From positions 8,928,001 to 8,992,000 of the forward strand of contig CM060731.1 in the NCBI GenBank assembly GCA_030704615.1: 64,000 nt of DNA, in the 5' to 3' direction. Numbering within the stretch: position 1 is the stretch's first letter; the number at the start of each line of letters is the position of its first letter. Under the pieces are notes generated by a model. It saw only the letters and a program-made list of their open reading frames with translations. It made no database searches and was not told where the DNA came from. The DNA is from Takakia lepidozioides. Its lineage: Eukaryota > Plantae > Bryophyta. The position numbers and the translations under genes were made by a program. Of the stretch, positions 12,107-24,359 are shown in pieces.

Positions 12107-13629
12107 GAGAGTCAGGGGAATGGAGGATATCAGGGTGAAGAGCATTCTGCAGAAGCAAACAATTGCTACACCGCAGGCAGTGCAGCTGCTGAAGGAGTTG
12201 TGATTGGAAGGGCTGCTATGCAAGGACTGGTCCTCGCATCATCGGAAGTATATGATTCAGTTTATTCAGAACTTTGAGCCTTGGACAGGAGTTACCCAGG
12301 TGAGGGGAGTAGATATAAAAATTACTCCCTAGTACTTGCAGCAATTGTTCGATTTGCCATCGGGTCATGTGGATGTGGATGAGCACAGGGCAAGATTGCA
12401 GATAGGGAATTTGTTCCAAGAAGGGAGTTTCTTGAAGACTCAGGGATACACCTGCACCAAGGCCAAGTACCCAGGGCTTTAGAAGAGAAGTTGGCCAAAT
12501 ACTAAACGTCATGTTTGCCATGAAACAGAACCAACAGTACTTGAGCAGATCAATCACGGAGGAGATACTGAAAGCTTTGAGGGGAGAGGATGTAGCTTGG
12601 GCGGAGTTGATGTACAATGGTCTGGTGGAAGAGATGAAGCGGTTACAGGGCACTGTTGCTAAGTCTCCGATCATAGTGTCTGGCCCAGTAATTGCGCAAA
12701 TTATCCTTGATTCTTGCATACTTGATGCGTGAGAATGCAAGGAGATGGGAGTGTTTGAGACAGCAACCACTGCAATTGAGGAGCAGGGCTCTTCACATGG
12801 TGAAGGTGGATTGGAGGGGCAGCACCAGTCCAAGAGGCAGAAGCAGGATACGACTGTGGCAGATCCACTAGCTTCAAGGAAACCACAAGATGATGTTTCC
12901 ATAGCACTTGTGCAGGATGAGGAGCAGCAGCACATGGGGCTGTTATTGCTGGAAGCAAGGCCTTTGGAGAGGGAGGAAGAAGTCACCTCAGTACCACAGT
13001 CACCACAGCCAGTTGACTCAATTGTTCCAGGGGTCACTCAGTTAGTTCATGTAGTTACACCAGGGCCTATTGCTGTGGAAGGAGAAGGGTTGGACATTCC
13101 CACTACAGAGCAGGTAGTGGCAGAAATTGAGAAGGGTAACCTTCTTTATGAAAACTCTGGCTTGGTAAGGAAACCAGTGGTACCCAAGATGCATAGTTTG
13201 TCCAAGCAAGTCCCTGTTGGGCATGTGATACCCGAACCTGTGGCGGAGGTTCCAAGAGTAGACCGTCAGGGCACTGCAGCACCTGTGGATGATTAGGTGA
13301 CTCAGGAGCAGGATCTTGTGGGATCATGGCCTAAATGGTTAGTGAAACATCAAACTGTGGAGGATCAGGAGAACAGCAGCAAGTTCACCATGAAGACCCA
13401 CAGCAGGCCATGCTTTTGAGTTCCATAAGCCGGACACTCAATTTGTTGGGCACTTACGTGAAATCCCATGTTCCATTTACACAATTGGCAGCTTTGAGGG
13501 AGGAACTCAAGCAGGAGTTTGAGGCTAGAATTGTCACCGAGTGTGCAAACAAGGTGGATGTGGAGGCCAATCTCAAGTTGCAGGAGGAATTGGAGGACAC
13601 GAAGGCTGCCCTGCAGTTGGCAAAGGGGA
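12107..13629 (+). pseudogene. Family A copy 2 additional ORF, part 1 (interrupted by element D)
   Basis: Aligns to ~4596-6124; stops and frameshifts. Confidence 0.9.
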
Positions 13630-13714
13630 TGTCGTGCACATACATATCGCTACACAACTACATCGCTGTCCAAACCACACCACATATATATGCACAATAA
13701 AGTAGTCTGCCACA
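13630..13714 (-). repeat. LTR segment A (85 bp), terminal copy
   Basis: Direct repeat of 14073-14157, 2 mismatches by eye. Confidence 0.95.
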
Positions 13715-13715
13715 A

Positions 13716-14070
13716 TGATAAGAAAACTAGAAAACACACTGCTCACACCAGAAACAACATGAATCCATCGCTATCACTCTTTAAAACAGAAGTCGAGCCA
13801 GGGGCACCCCAAGCTATGGGGACTCCACCCCACAACAACCTACACTCCCATCATAAGCACACTCAAATCTAAACGCATGAAGGAGCTCGGTCGCGCAGGC
13901 TCAACTCGAGAAAGATGAGCCGCGCAACTGCCGCTCTCGTAAAAATAAGACGGACCAGGTGTCAAACTAAACTTGACACCTGATTTAACACTTGACCTAA
14001 ATCCAAGTGTTAAATACAAATAACTAGTTTTATTCTAGCTGTTTTCACACTGTGCTTATTTAACTTGACA
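13716..14070 (-). repeat. LTR segment B (355 bp), 3' copy
   Basis: Direct repeat of 25186-25540, ~4 mismatches by eye. Confidence 0.95.
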
Positions 14071-14072
14071 GC

Positions 14073-14157
14073 TGTCGTGCGCATACATATCGCTACACAA
14101 CTACATCGCTGTCCAAACCACACCACACATATATGCACAATAAAGTAGTCTGCCACA
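14073..14157 (-). repeat. LTR segment A, internal copy next to the PPT
   Basis: Repeat of 13630-13714; joined to B via the palindrome GACAGCTGTC (14067-14076). Confidence 0.95.
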
Positions 14158-14170
14158 ATCGCCCCCCTAG
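14158..14170 (-). promoter_or_regulatory. Polypurine tract of element D
   Basis: Sense strand CTAGGGGGGCGAT lies immediately before TGTGG, the start of A. Confidence 0.75.
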
Positions 14171-14417
14171 CTGGTGGATAGGTCCCTCTACCTCCAGATA
14201 GCTACAAGATGTAATAGCCACAGCCGTACTAAGTCCTCTATCACTGTCCCTATTGTACTCAAACTCTATAGACCAAGGGGCCGGGTACAAGAGTAGCCCC
14301 ATCGTTAGTCGCCGTCTTGCAATCTGTGAACTTGAGCCAGGATCTCGTGTGTTCAAGGTCTCCTAGTAGCTGGGCCTTGCGTTGCTTGTTAGCCTTCCAT
14401 GGTTGTATCCACTCCCA

Positions 14418-15751
14418 CTATCCAATGCAATGTGGACATAACCAATCCCCATCTGGAACCATCTCAAGAGGTGGAGTCAAGCATCCCATATGCCAACCTC
14501 TAGAGCATCGATCGCACACCAGCATGGTGGCTGCCCCTTTAGCAGACCCACACAACATGCACCTCAAACCTGCAGATACCACTGCCAGGTTTGGGTCAAT
14601 CCTGCCATCGACATTCGGAAGGTGACATGGCGCACAATCACGCACATGGTCCTTCCAAGTTATGCCATCCCGACCCTCCAAGACCAAGACGCCTGAGGGC
14701 AAGACCTCTCGAACCCTCAAAATAACACGTCCTGCAGTCACATCCAGGGTCGTAGGAGCAGTCTGCTGCAGATAGACATAGTCACCAGGGTTGAATCTCC
14801 GAACCCCAGGACGATAGCCCCCACCACGTATGGTAGCATACCTCAACGTATCATGGTGTTGTGCAATGGCAAGGTTCTCGAAAGCCATGGGCATGACTCT
14901 CTTGAACAACTCTGCACGCTGCTCACATGCACGTGCCCACACGTCCGGATCGTCAAGGTTAAGAATTGTAGCAGCTTCTCTGCGAATGGATGTAGGCAAA
15001 TCCGGCTCTCGGCCAAAGAGAAGAAAGTATGGTGAGAAGGAGGCAGTGATGCTTGCTTGCTGAACCTGTAGCCCATGGCTAACCAGGGTAACTGAAGGTC
15101 CCAATCTCCTAGGTGTCCCTTCTGCAAGCCATACTTGCGCAAACCCCTCTTTACTGTCTGAACAACTCTCTTTGCCAAGCCATCGGCCTCAGGATGATCC
15201 CGAGAAGTGGTGCGGTGGTCTATCAAGGCCTTGTCACACAAAGCCTGAAACTCCCCCAAGAACTCTCTCCCTTGGTCCGTGAGTACCTCAGCTGGAGCAC
15301 CGAATCGGCTAAGCACACAATCCAAGAATGCATACGCAGCTCCCTCACTAGCCTTATCAGGCAATGGAACCAATTCAATCCACTTGGAGAAGTGCTCCAC
15401 CATCACCAACACGTACTTGTTGTGGCGCATGGTCAGTGGCAACGGCCCTGCGAAGTCAAGACTCCACCTGTAGCCCAATCCCATGATCGGAAGAGGGTGC
15501 AATTGTGGAGTAGGGGCGTTGAATGAAGCACGCACCCTGTCACACACCATGCACCTAGCCACAAATTGTTGCACCTCTGTGTGCATACCACGCCACCAAT
15601 ACTGCCCCTGCAGTAGACTATGAGTGCGTCGCACCCCAAAATGCCCCAACTCCTCATGGGCATGGCGCACTAACCGTGCCCGCTGTGTTGGTGAGGCACA
15701 ATCCTCACTCGACCATCCTCCCACACTCGGAGCAGGTGTGTCCCCTCCCAC
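14418..15751 (-). pseudogene. pol: Integrase with C-terminal PHD finger (frameshifted)
   Basis: HEELGH..CMVC, WSLDFAGP, TDQGREF; PHD CMLC..CDRC..H..C..WLCPHC (C4HC3). Confidence 0.92.
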
Positions 15752-16064
15752 TTGAACCTCTTGGCTCGTTGTAGGATCCGATCCCTCTCCTTGGCAGTCA
15801 CAGTGGCTGCCGTGTCTCCAGTGCGGAGGTAGTCCAACACAACTGAATCCTCATGTATATCTTTGGCGCCACCTTGCTCATTGCTGGCCTCAGGGTCCTC
15901 AGACACTTGATCTACAGTCATCCCTGTTGCAGGTCCAACCTGGCCTTCCGCTGCCACGATACACAGAAATGCAGATGCATGCCATCCGGGCACCATCTCC
16001 TCGTCCGTCTCACCATGCCACCGAGCTCCAGTGTCATCCTGTTGGCTCATGCATGGATTGCGAC

Positions 16065-17345
16065 TCAACCCATCTGCATGTGATTGACCAAACCCGGTCG
16101 ATGCACCACCTGAAAGTCATACTCTTGAAGGATGAGTGCCCACCGTGCAAGCTTCCCCGTAAGCTTGTCTGACTCCATCAACCACTTGAGTGGTTGGTGA
16201 TCCGTGACAAGGGTGAAGAGATTGCCGTATAGATAGCACCTGAAGTGTGCCACGGCCCACACTGCAGCTAAGCATTCTCCCTCATATGAGCTATACTTAG
16301 ACTCTGCAGCATTGTTCGAGCGGCTAGCATAAGCCACTACGAACTCTCTTCCCTCATCATCCACCTGTGTGAGCACCGCTCCAAGCCCCAGCATGCTCCA
16401 ATCTGTATGCAGCTGAAAAGGACGCCCCCTGATAGGTCGTCTCAAGATGGGCGCGAGGTCAACCTCACTTGAGCTCTTGAAAAGCTTGTTCTTGCTCATC
16501 TTCCCACTGCCACTCCTGGTCCACCTTGGTCAGCTTGGTTAGAGCCTTTGCAATGGCACTAAATCCCTTAACAAAACCGTCTGTAATAGTTTGCTAACCC
16601 CATGAAAGCTCGAACTCGGCTCACATCCGTGGGGCGTGGAACCTGTGCAATGGACTCTACCTTAGTCTGCTGTACCCCCAATCCTCCAGGATATATCATG
16701 TGACCCAGATACTCAATCTGGTTGTGGAAAAACTTGCACTTTCCCGTGATGTAACTTCAATCCGTGCCCCTCAAGCGCTCAAATACCCCTGAAGGTGTCT
16801 CTCATGCTCCTCCACCGTAGCACTAAAGATGATGATGTCATCTATGTAGCACCGAGCAAACTCCACCCCTGCTAAATCCTGTCCATGACTCTTTGAAACT
16901 CAGCGGGAGCGTTTTTAAGCCCAAATGGTAAGAACCGCCACTGGTATAGGCAATCCTTCCCGTGCTCATTGATCCCCCAGAATGCCGTCTTTTGCTTATC
17001 CGCCTCCTTGATCGGCAACTGGTGATATCCGGATCGTAAATCCAACGTGCTAAAGACCTTGGAATGCCCAATGGCATCAAAGATCTCCTCTGGTGTCGGC
17101 ATGGGCATGGCATACCTATCGGACTTGGTCTGACGATTTACAGGCCGGTAATCACCGCACATACGTCTCTCCGTCCAATTGCCATAGACATCCTTCTTAG
17201 CTGGCATCACTGTGGCTGAAGCATACTCTCCACCAGAGAGCTCCACCAAACCTGCCTCCCAGAGATCTTGAGTCCTCATCTGAATCAAAGACCTCTCCAT
17301 GTCACTGTATCTATAGGGTCTCCGAAAGATTGGCGTGTCAGTGCC
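16065..17345 (-). pseudogene. pol: RT and RNase H of element D (frameshifted)
   Basis: RRMCGDYRPVN, LDLRSGYHQ, LPFGLKNAP, CYIDDIIIFS (~16825-16853); RNase H LHTDWS, YEGECLA, VTDHQPL. Confidence 0.93.
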
Positions 17346-17839
17346 AACTCAATACGGATCTCTTGACCCTTCAGTGCTCCCAGTCCTTCAAACTGAAGGC
17401 AAAGCAATTCTTGTAAGCCCTCAGGAACCGCCGTATACGTCGTCTCTCTCCTCCAGTGACAATGGGTCCAATGTCAGGCTCCCAATTGTCCTCCGTAACT
17501 GCAACCTTAAGTCCAGTGGGCTTAGAGGTAGAGGACGCGTCCCGTGGTTGCTATGCTGCAACCTCTTGAGCAGTACTCCCTTCCTGCTCAGTCAATGACA
17601 AGGCCTCATCCTGCCCATCATCTCATCATTGAGAACCTCCTCATCCCGAGAAGAATCCCCAACCTCATCCATCACAGCTGCCTTGGCTGCCAACTCCCTC
17701 TGAACCTCGAGCACCTCCCACGTGTGCCATGGATGTCTACACCCGTGGTCCTCACCGGCTCGCCCCCACTCGCTGCCTGTACCGTCTCGGTAGGCAGAGA
17801 GATCGTCAAGGGAAGTGCACTCCGCACTCTACGTTGCTC

Positions 17840-18800
17840 AGCCATAGCCAAGCTGACAATCCAGGTCAAGCAATTGAGATCCATTGCTTGCCCCAACACC
17901 TGACGACGTGATGCCTTTGAAAGAGAAGGCACCGCCGTGGTCCAGTGGAAAACCCCATAGCCCGCTCTCGCTCGTCGGCATTAGGCTCCACTAACTGCTG
18001 CAACTGAGCATCCCACAGGAGGCCAGGTCCACCATCCCGAAAAGCATGGGAGCCTGGGAAGCTGAGCAATGTAGGTAATGCTGCTCGTGGGTGACCCATC
18101 CTGTGACCACTGCCAACGCAAACGGTCATTGTCTCACACGTTGAGACTGCCTCCCTGTGTCCAAAATGCCATCCACGGTGAGGTGTGCTGGGCGCTGCAC
18201 CCCATCAAATGCACGCTTGAGCAGTGCGGGTGGCATCAAGTTAGTCCACCAAAGCCGTGGACGATGAGCCCGTGACCCCACTGCAGCTGCATCCCAGCAC
18301 ATGCTGACCCAAGCCACGACCGGACTTGATGCACACTGGCCATCACCCTGGCCCGAGAATCACCCATCAGTGGCACATTCTCCAAGATGTATGCCGGAGA
18401 TACAGCCTGATGAAGCTGCAAGTGGCGCAAAATCCGCACCATCTCCCAAAACAGACCCGTCCTCGAGTCTCGCAATCCATTGCCATGCCCGGCTGATGAA
18501 TGCCCTTGGCAGGGCCAACCTGCCACTACCAGATCAATGGAGCCAACCCGCTCCAAATCTTGCGCCCCAGCAACGCAAATGTCTGCTGGCAAGGCTTGCT
18601 TGATATCCACGAACTGCAGACACCCGGCAACAAACTCAGGGTACTGCGCACATCTGAGCAACATGGCGCAGTGAGACGCGCGTGCAGTCTCATCCCTCTC
18701 CACATACAGGTAACGTCAAACTCGTACACCTGCCTGCAGCACGCAGCCAATCCAGTGCTGATCCCGCCAAACAAGTCCAGAAGGCATATGCCTTCATCCG
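17840..18800 (-). pseudogene. C5-cytosine DNA methyltransferase domain (DNMT3-like) embedded in pol, frameshifted
   Basis: Motif I LDLFGGISTG, IV AGWPCQG, VI LENVP, VIII DAAAVGSRAHRPRLWWTNL, IX ERERAMGF and X RRQVLGQAM in canonical order. Confidence 0.92.
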
Positions 18801-19199
18801 GCCGCTGCCACACAAGAGGTGTGGTGTCCAATGGCGACAACTGAGGTGGTCCTGGTGCAATCACCGCACTCTCCTCCTCTCCTGACGGAACAAAAGCCTC
18901 TACCCAGCTTGTTGCACCCGTCCATCAGCAACCTGCTGCAAATCCTTGCTCGTACCCCCACAACCAGTGGAGCGTGAGCAACCATGGCAGGCGCCATACC
19001 ATGCATGTCATCCTGTTCTGCTGGAGGTGGCACATCCTCTGCATGGGCATTGCCTTCCAGCAACTCTCCAGGCAACTAACTGCAGCTGTAAAGGCGGCTA
19101 GTGTTGGCATCTTGCCCCGCTGGGCAGCCGCAATACCCCAATGAATGTCACAGGGAGCTGTGCACGGGACCATCGCCTGATGCCATCCAGGCCTGTAGG

Positions 19200-19545
19200 A
19201 TGCTGACATCCTCCCAAAAGTCCAGGGTGAAGCCATAGGGTATAACACTGCCCCACCAACGAGGACATCGTAAGAGATTGCGTTGTCACAATGGCCTTGG
19301 CTCGCATTACTGAGCCATCTATAGGATGATCCGGTGCAGTCTAATGGCCAACCGATGCCGTGTCATGCCCGAGCCTGCTCTGATCCTCCCAGAGATATCT
19401 GTATCTGGAAAGGACAAGGCTCCATATCGCCTCCATGAGGCCCAAACCTGCAATAGCAGCTCTGCCCAACATCAACAGGGCTGGCTCCCGAGTCCAACAA
19501 GACCCGCAGTGGCCGGTACTTCTTGTGTGGGCCGGGTCCACTCAA
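19200..19545 (-). pseudogene. pol: Aspartic protease of element D
   Basis: RVLLDSGASP motif, located between gag and the DNMT. Confidence 0.8.
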
Positions 19546-20269
19546 AGTGAAAATGCCTCCCTGGTGTCTAACAAGACAACTCCAGGTGTCACCATGGCGC
19601 GCTCAAAGGTGGCCTAGCTGGCAGCTCCGTCAACCTGGCAAGCTACAGCTTGCCAGGGCGCAGCCGTGGCAGTCTTGACCCTCAATCCGAGGATCCCTCT
19701 GCCCATACACCTTCCACTAATCCGCAGAAGTGAAGTGACCTCCCCAATTCACAGAGTGTTGCTGCTAGTCTGAACACTGCAGCTGGCCTTACCCCCGGCG
19801 TCGCAATCATTGTTGCCGTGAGAACAGGGGGGCATGACACACAGAGGTGGCTGCCCAATAAACACACCGGCCCGCACTAGCCTTGGCAGAATGAGTCAAG
19901 TTGCAGTGTAGCTCTCCCCAATGGCATAGTAACCTCCGCCTCGTAACAGTCGGGCGAGAAACTACTAGGTGCCATGGATGGTTCAATACAGTCTCCGCCA
20001 ATGTGAATGAATGAGGAAGGGGGGCCTCGCTTGACGGCTTGCCTCCCACGTTGTGGATCCAATTCCACCTCTGAACCTTGTGCTCAGGAACTCGTGCTGC
20101 TCCTCGAGTCACGGCTGCAGCAGACCCACCTGCTCTAGTGTAGTGCTGCTCCGCACATAAATCCATGGCCTCCCATATCTCCTCCCTCAGGAGTAGGAGG
20201 GGACCATCCCGCCTGGGAGCAGGGTGACGGTACCGCCTGAGCTATAGCCATGGCAGCGAGCCTCTGCTC

Positions 20270-21710
20270 TAGCTGCTGAAGCGCGGTTCCATGCCTTGAT
20301 CAAACACATTGACCTCCGCGTCCTTGGCCATGTTGAGCTTGCCCTTGGCCTGCACCTCGTGCCCCGACCAACTCGTCCTCTCTGGGCTGGTCCACCTCGC
20401 CCCGGCCACCATTGTTCCCTTGGAACTGGCCTGGGCGCAACTCAGGATGCAAGTCATAACACTGGGCATCTCCATGCCCATACTTGCCACAATGCCCACA
20501 CTGCAACTGTGCAAGCTGTGCTTGTGCCGGCCTTCTGCCACTCTCTGGGCAATCTCTCTTGATATGGGATCCTCCACATGTCCAACATATCACCCTGGTT
20601 GCTGTTGGCCTGCAAAAGATGCCACGGGCCTCTGCACCTGAGGTCCCCTGTAAGCTCCATGGAACTTGGGTTGGGAAACCTTGCCCCCCTGACCACGCTG
20701 CTGGGCAGTACCTTGTGCCTATGGGCTGGCAGCTGCGCCTCGTGCAGGCATGTCCTTGCCAAATCCAATGGTGACAACTCGCTCCTCCACCATGTTGAGC
20801 TCAATCCGCTCAGCCAGCAGAAACACATCTGCTAATGTGGGTTGGGCTGCTTGTAACAAGGTTGCATCTCGTACCCTTCTCTTGAGCTCCTTGTCCAGAA
20901 TTCCATACCAAAACTGGATTGCCTGAGCTTCAGTAACCCCTTGGGTCACACTTATCAAGCGCCTCATACGAGTGTACGCCTCTCGCAGGCTCTCACTGGG
21001 TTTGCGCTGGAAGTCTTGCAAACTTCACAGCTTCTCTGTCCGTACATCTTGGTAGTTCCTCCGCAACTCCTGGAAGAACTCCACCACCGGGTTGAATCTA
21101 GGCACATGTGTTGTAGTCGTGGCAGGAGGAGTAGTAGCACCTTTTGAACTGGTACCACCTACAGAAGTACCAGCACTACTTGCTCCACTACTAGTGCTGG
21201 CAGTGGGAGCTATTGGTACTGATGCAGCTACTGGTCGCGTTGTGCCTCGAGTAATGGAGACGTAGTCAGGTGACCAATACATCCTCCATTCCTCAATCTC
21301 TGCTTCATGTCCTCGCCTGAACTCGTGGTAATCGTCCATAGGCGGGCCTTCCAAATGCTGGAACAGTCCCTTCCACGCCATGAATGGGGTGAATAGTTGT
21401 GGATTGCGCATCTGCTGCAAATCACACCAGCTGTCAAACTCCTGGATAAAGTCATCCAACTCAATTGTGCCCACAGCTCCAGAGTAACTACGAGGCCCCT
21501 TGGTAGCTCCATACATCTCCTCCATGTCGTCCCACAACAATGGCGAATGAAAGTGCACACCTGTTGATGAAGCCTCCGAGTCTGTGTCTGACTCTACAGT
21601 AATTGAGGGTGGCGGTGAAGGTGGTCTGAACCGAATACCTCGTCTTGTGAACCACTATCACTGTTACTGCCTGTAGCCGTACTCCCCTCAAAACCCTTGG
21701 GTAACTCCAT
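20270..21710 (-). pseudogene. gag: gag of element D with two zinc knuckles
   Basis: QDFQRKPSESLREAYTRM gag-like motif; CWTCGGSHIKRDC and CGHCGKYGHGDAQC; in-frame stop at ~21025 and frameshifts; probable ATG at 21710. Confidence 0.82.
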
Positions 21711-22258
21711 AATGACACTCACAATGTGCACCTCCTCCACGTGACACTATAAGGCTCTAGTACTAATCTAATAGTGACACGGGTGGGCACCTGTTGCAGT
21801 TTAAGGGTCATATCCCAATGGCTCAGGGCACCTGCACCTGCATCCACCGCAAGAACTCCTATGGTTGGCTGGTCATCAACCCAACCTCACCATAGAAGAA
21901 ACACTGGTGGTCTTGCTGGTCATCACTCCAGCCTCACCACCGACAGCATACTCTAGGATTGACCGGTGATCAAATCCGGCCTAATCCCTATGAAAGCAAG
22001 CGCCCACACAAAACCAACATGGCGCACAGTCAAGCATGCAGGTGTTGGGGGGATCCAAACACAAGAAATCAAAACATCAACACCCCCACACCAAAATCCA
22101 GCTGCAATGCTGATCCTGCAGAATAGCCCAGCCCAAAACCCCGGACTGACTGGCCTCCACCAAGAGAGGCTTTGGCAACTACAAGTACATGGTAATGAAA
22201 ATAGTACAGAGATGGAGGGGAAGAATAGAAGCCCAACCAAGCAAGATCTAATCCTGAT

Positions 22259-23008
22259 CTATGCTATCAACTGCCAGACTTCTCTCAAAGTGCCTCGCTC
22301 TGCATGATGGTAAGGTGTAGGAGGTATATCTATGTCCAGAAACCTGCCACTAACCTTGTCCCAAGCTACAGTAGCTCGCTCTAACCAACCATCCTCCTCT
22401 TTCTGCCAGGTAGAGACAAAGCAATACTCCCCTATCTCCCGCTCACTGAATACTAAAGAAAACAAAGGTAGGGTCTGATAGTCTCTCAACTCGAAAGCTT
22501 TGAGACGGTTGCGGGCGTCCTCATTGCAAATGACTGCATCTCCTTCACGCACAACAAACATGTCATTGCTGATGAACCCCCGCTTGTGGTTGCCTTGTGC
22601 AGAGCGTATCCGGCTGCAACCATGTCTGATTGCACAAACTTGTGTAGCTCCTGCTCCTCTGCTCCAGTACACCACGGCCTTGTGGCTGAACACCTTGGTC
22701 CCCGGGGCTGTCTTTGGCTGTGTTCCAAGCCTAGCTTTCACCCACTTTGGTGTTTCACCTACAGCTGCAGAACTGCTGGCTCCAACAGAGTTCTGACTGT
22801 CCAAGGCGATATTGAGGCCCTCAACACCAACTACAACAGTTTGTTGTCCACTACTAATGCTTGACTCCCAGTATGCAATCAACTCGTCCAACTGTTCTCC
22901 ACTCAAATCAGTCTGAGTTCCTTGGGAAACATAAATCTTGTCCCCTTTGGTGCACAGGCTAAGAGAAGAGACCTGCCCTTCAATCACGTCCTCATTTCCC
23001 CCAGCCAT
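22259..23008 (-). CDS. Intact 249-aa ORF of unknown function upstream of gag inside element D
   Basis: ATG-initiated uninterrupted ORF, same strand as gag-pol; no motif recognised. Confidence 0.6.
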   Translation of the reverse strand: MAGGNEDVIEGQVSSLSLCTKGDKIYVSQGTQTDLSGEQLDELIAYWESSISSGQQTVVVGVEGLNIALDSQNSVGASSSAAVGETPKWVKARLGTQPKTAPGTKVFSHKAVVYWSRGAGATQVCAIRHGCSRIRSAQGNHKRGFISNDMFVVREGDAVICNEDARNRLKAFELRDYQTLPLFSLVFSEREIGEYCFVSTWQKEEDGWLERATVAWDKVSGRFLDIDIPPTPYHHAERGTLREVWQLIA

Positions 23009-23560
23009 ACAAGGAGTACATCCCCAGATTTATCTCTCATGTAGACCAGAACAGGTTCTAGAAACAGGATTGTGGATCTTTCATGGCACACTCACACTCT
23101 AAAAATTCCATAGATTTTTAGCAGAGTCCAAAAAACAGAAACCAGGTCTAGATAGGTAGATTTCCCCTTTCTGCAGCTATCCCCTCAAAAATTGAGTCAA
23201 ACGGAGCCCATTTGACAAAGATATGACCAACCAGGCTCTTTAAACATAACATTTTTTTTAATAAAAAAATAAAAAAATAAGACAAAACAAATACAAAGAA
23301 AACTCTATTGTCTTGGTTCCCTATTCCCTGGTTCCCTGTTCCTGTATATGTGCCCAAAGTTCTAAATTGGTACCAGCGGCTCTTAGGTATTGTTCATACT
23401 CGCCTGGCAGCCGTCGTCTCTGTGCGAACGCAGCCCGCCAGTCTCCCGCAATCCTGTGAGCTCAACTTGAGCAACACAGATCGTTCTCGTGCAGGCACCA
23501 TGATAGCTCCAAAACTATGGGCGGCCCAGGAAGACGACGTCTCCTCACTTAATGAGAACG

Positions 23561-23645
23561 CTGAGTGTAAAAGGACAATGGTATAACGGACAGCTGAAAG
23601 CGGCTCACAGTAAGGCCGGGGAGGCTATCTTTTGGCAAAGCAATT
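23561..23645 (+). pseudogene. Captured fragment resembling the DUF1771 region of Smr-domain protein CID7
   Basis: LSVKGQWYNGQLKAAHSKAGEAIF resembles plant CID7 ELSVKGQ.HN.QMKAAH.KAQE.I. Confidence 0.6.
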
Positions 23646-23849
23646 CAAACATTCATGCACAAACTAGTACCAACCCTGGACGAGTTCCCTGGACGCGTCT
23701 AGACTCCCCACCAAGCATGCTTGCCCTGCTGGAAAGGGCTGACCCGACCCATTCACTTCTTCAAGCACAGAAAGAGAAGGAAAATCCCTTGGTGACGAAG
23801 GACTTGGTGCTTGAGGTGCCTGAAACTGCTTCGATGGGCCTCCCTCAAC

Positions 23850-23927
23850 ATTGGTTTGAGCCTCTTCCTTCTCAGCTGCTGCCTGAGTCTGCAAATGCTG
23901 CACGCAGCATGCTCCTAACTCCCACCT
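23850..23927 (-). pseudogene. Captured fragment of a CLU/REC/TSS-family gene
   Basis: RWELGACCVQHLQ matches the plant CLU-family motif RWELGACW.QHLQ. Confidence 0.65.
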
Positions 23928-24359
23928 TCAATTCTTAGCTTGCATGTCTTACTTTGTCAGTCTCTTGCTTGTTGCTCCCACTGCTGCTAGGCTGGTGATG
24001 CATATCTGCAGAGGACCAGCAGCTCCCTCCCATGTGTGGAGCACCCCTTCTTGAGTCCATCCCTCATCCATTGTACAGTTCTGATGTCTATATAAGAGGT
24101 GGGAAGAGATATGGCTGGTTGTTCAGGGATAAACAATGTCGCAGCAGCTGCAAGCTGCCAAATCAAAGACTTAGATGGCCATCAGATCCTTTGGTTGTGC
24201 CCTGTTTCTTTCACGCTGAAGCTCTCTCTGAATGGTCTCTTCCTGAGCTGACAGTGCCCAACCTGTCGACTTCTCCACATTCTCTTTCACATCTCTACCG
24301 TCAGGTTGCTCTACCAAGACATCGCCGCTCCCGCTTCTTCCTGTTCTTAACAACGTCCT

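Noticed and set aside
13630-14157. Separate tiny TRIM (A-B-A) or a solo LTR nested in another LTR
   Set aside because: No TSD around B or A-B-A; the only TSD brackets the whole 11.9 kb, and the PPT and PBS abut A and B respectively.
23368-23380. tRNA-type PBS TGGTACCA
   Set aside because: Lies 1.8 kb from the LTR and does not continue as the iMet complement; a better self-priming PBS abuts the LTR.
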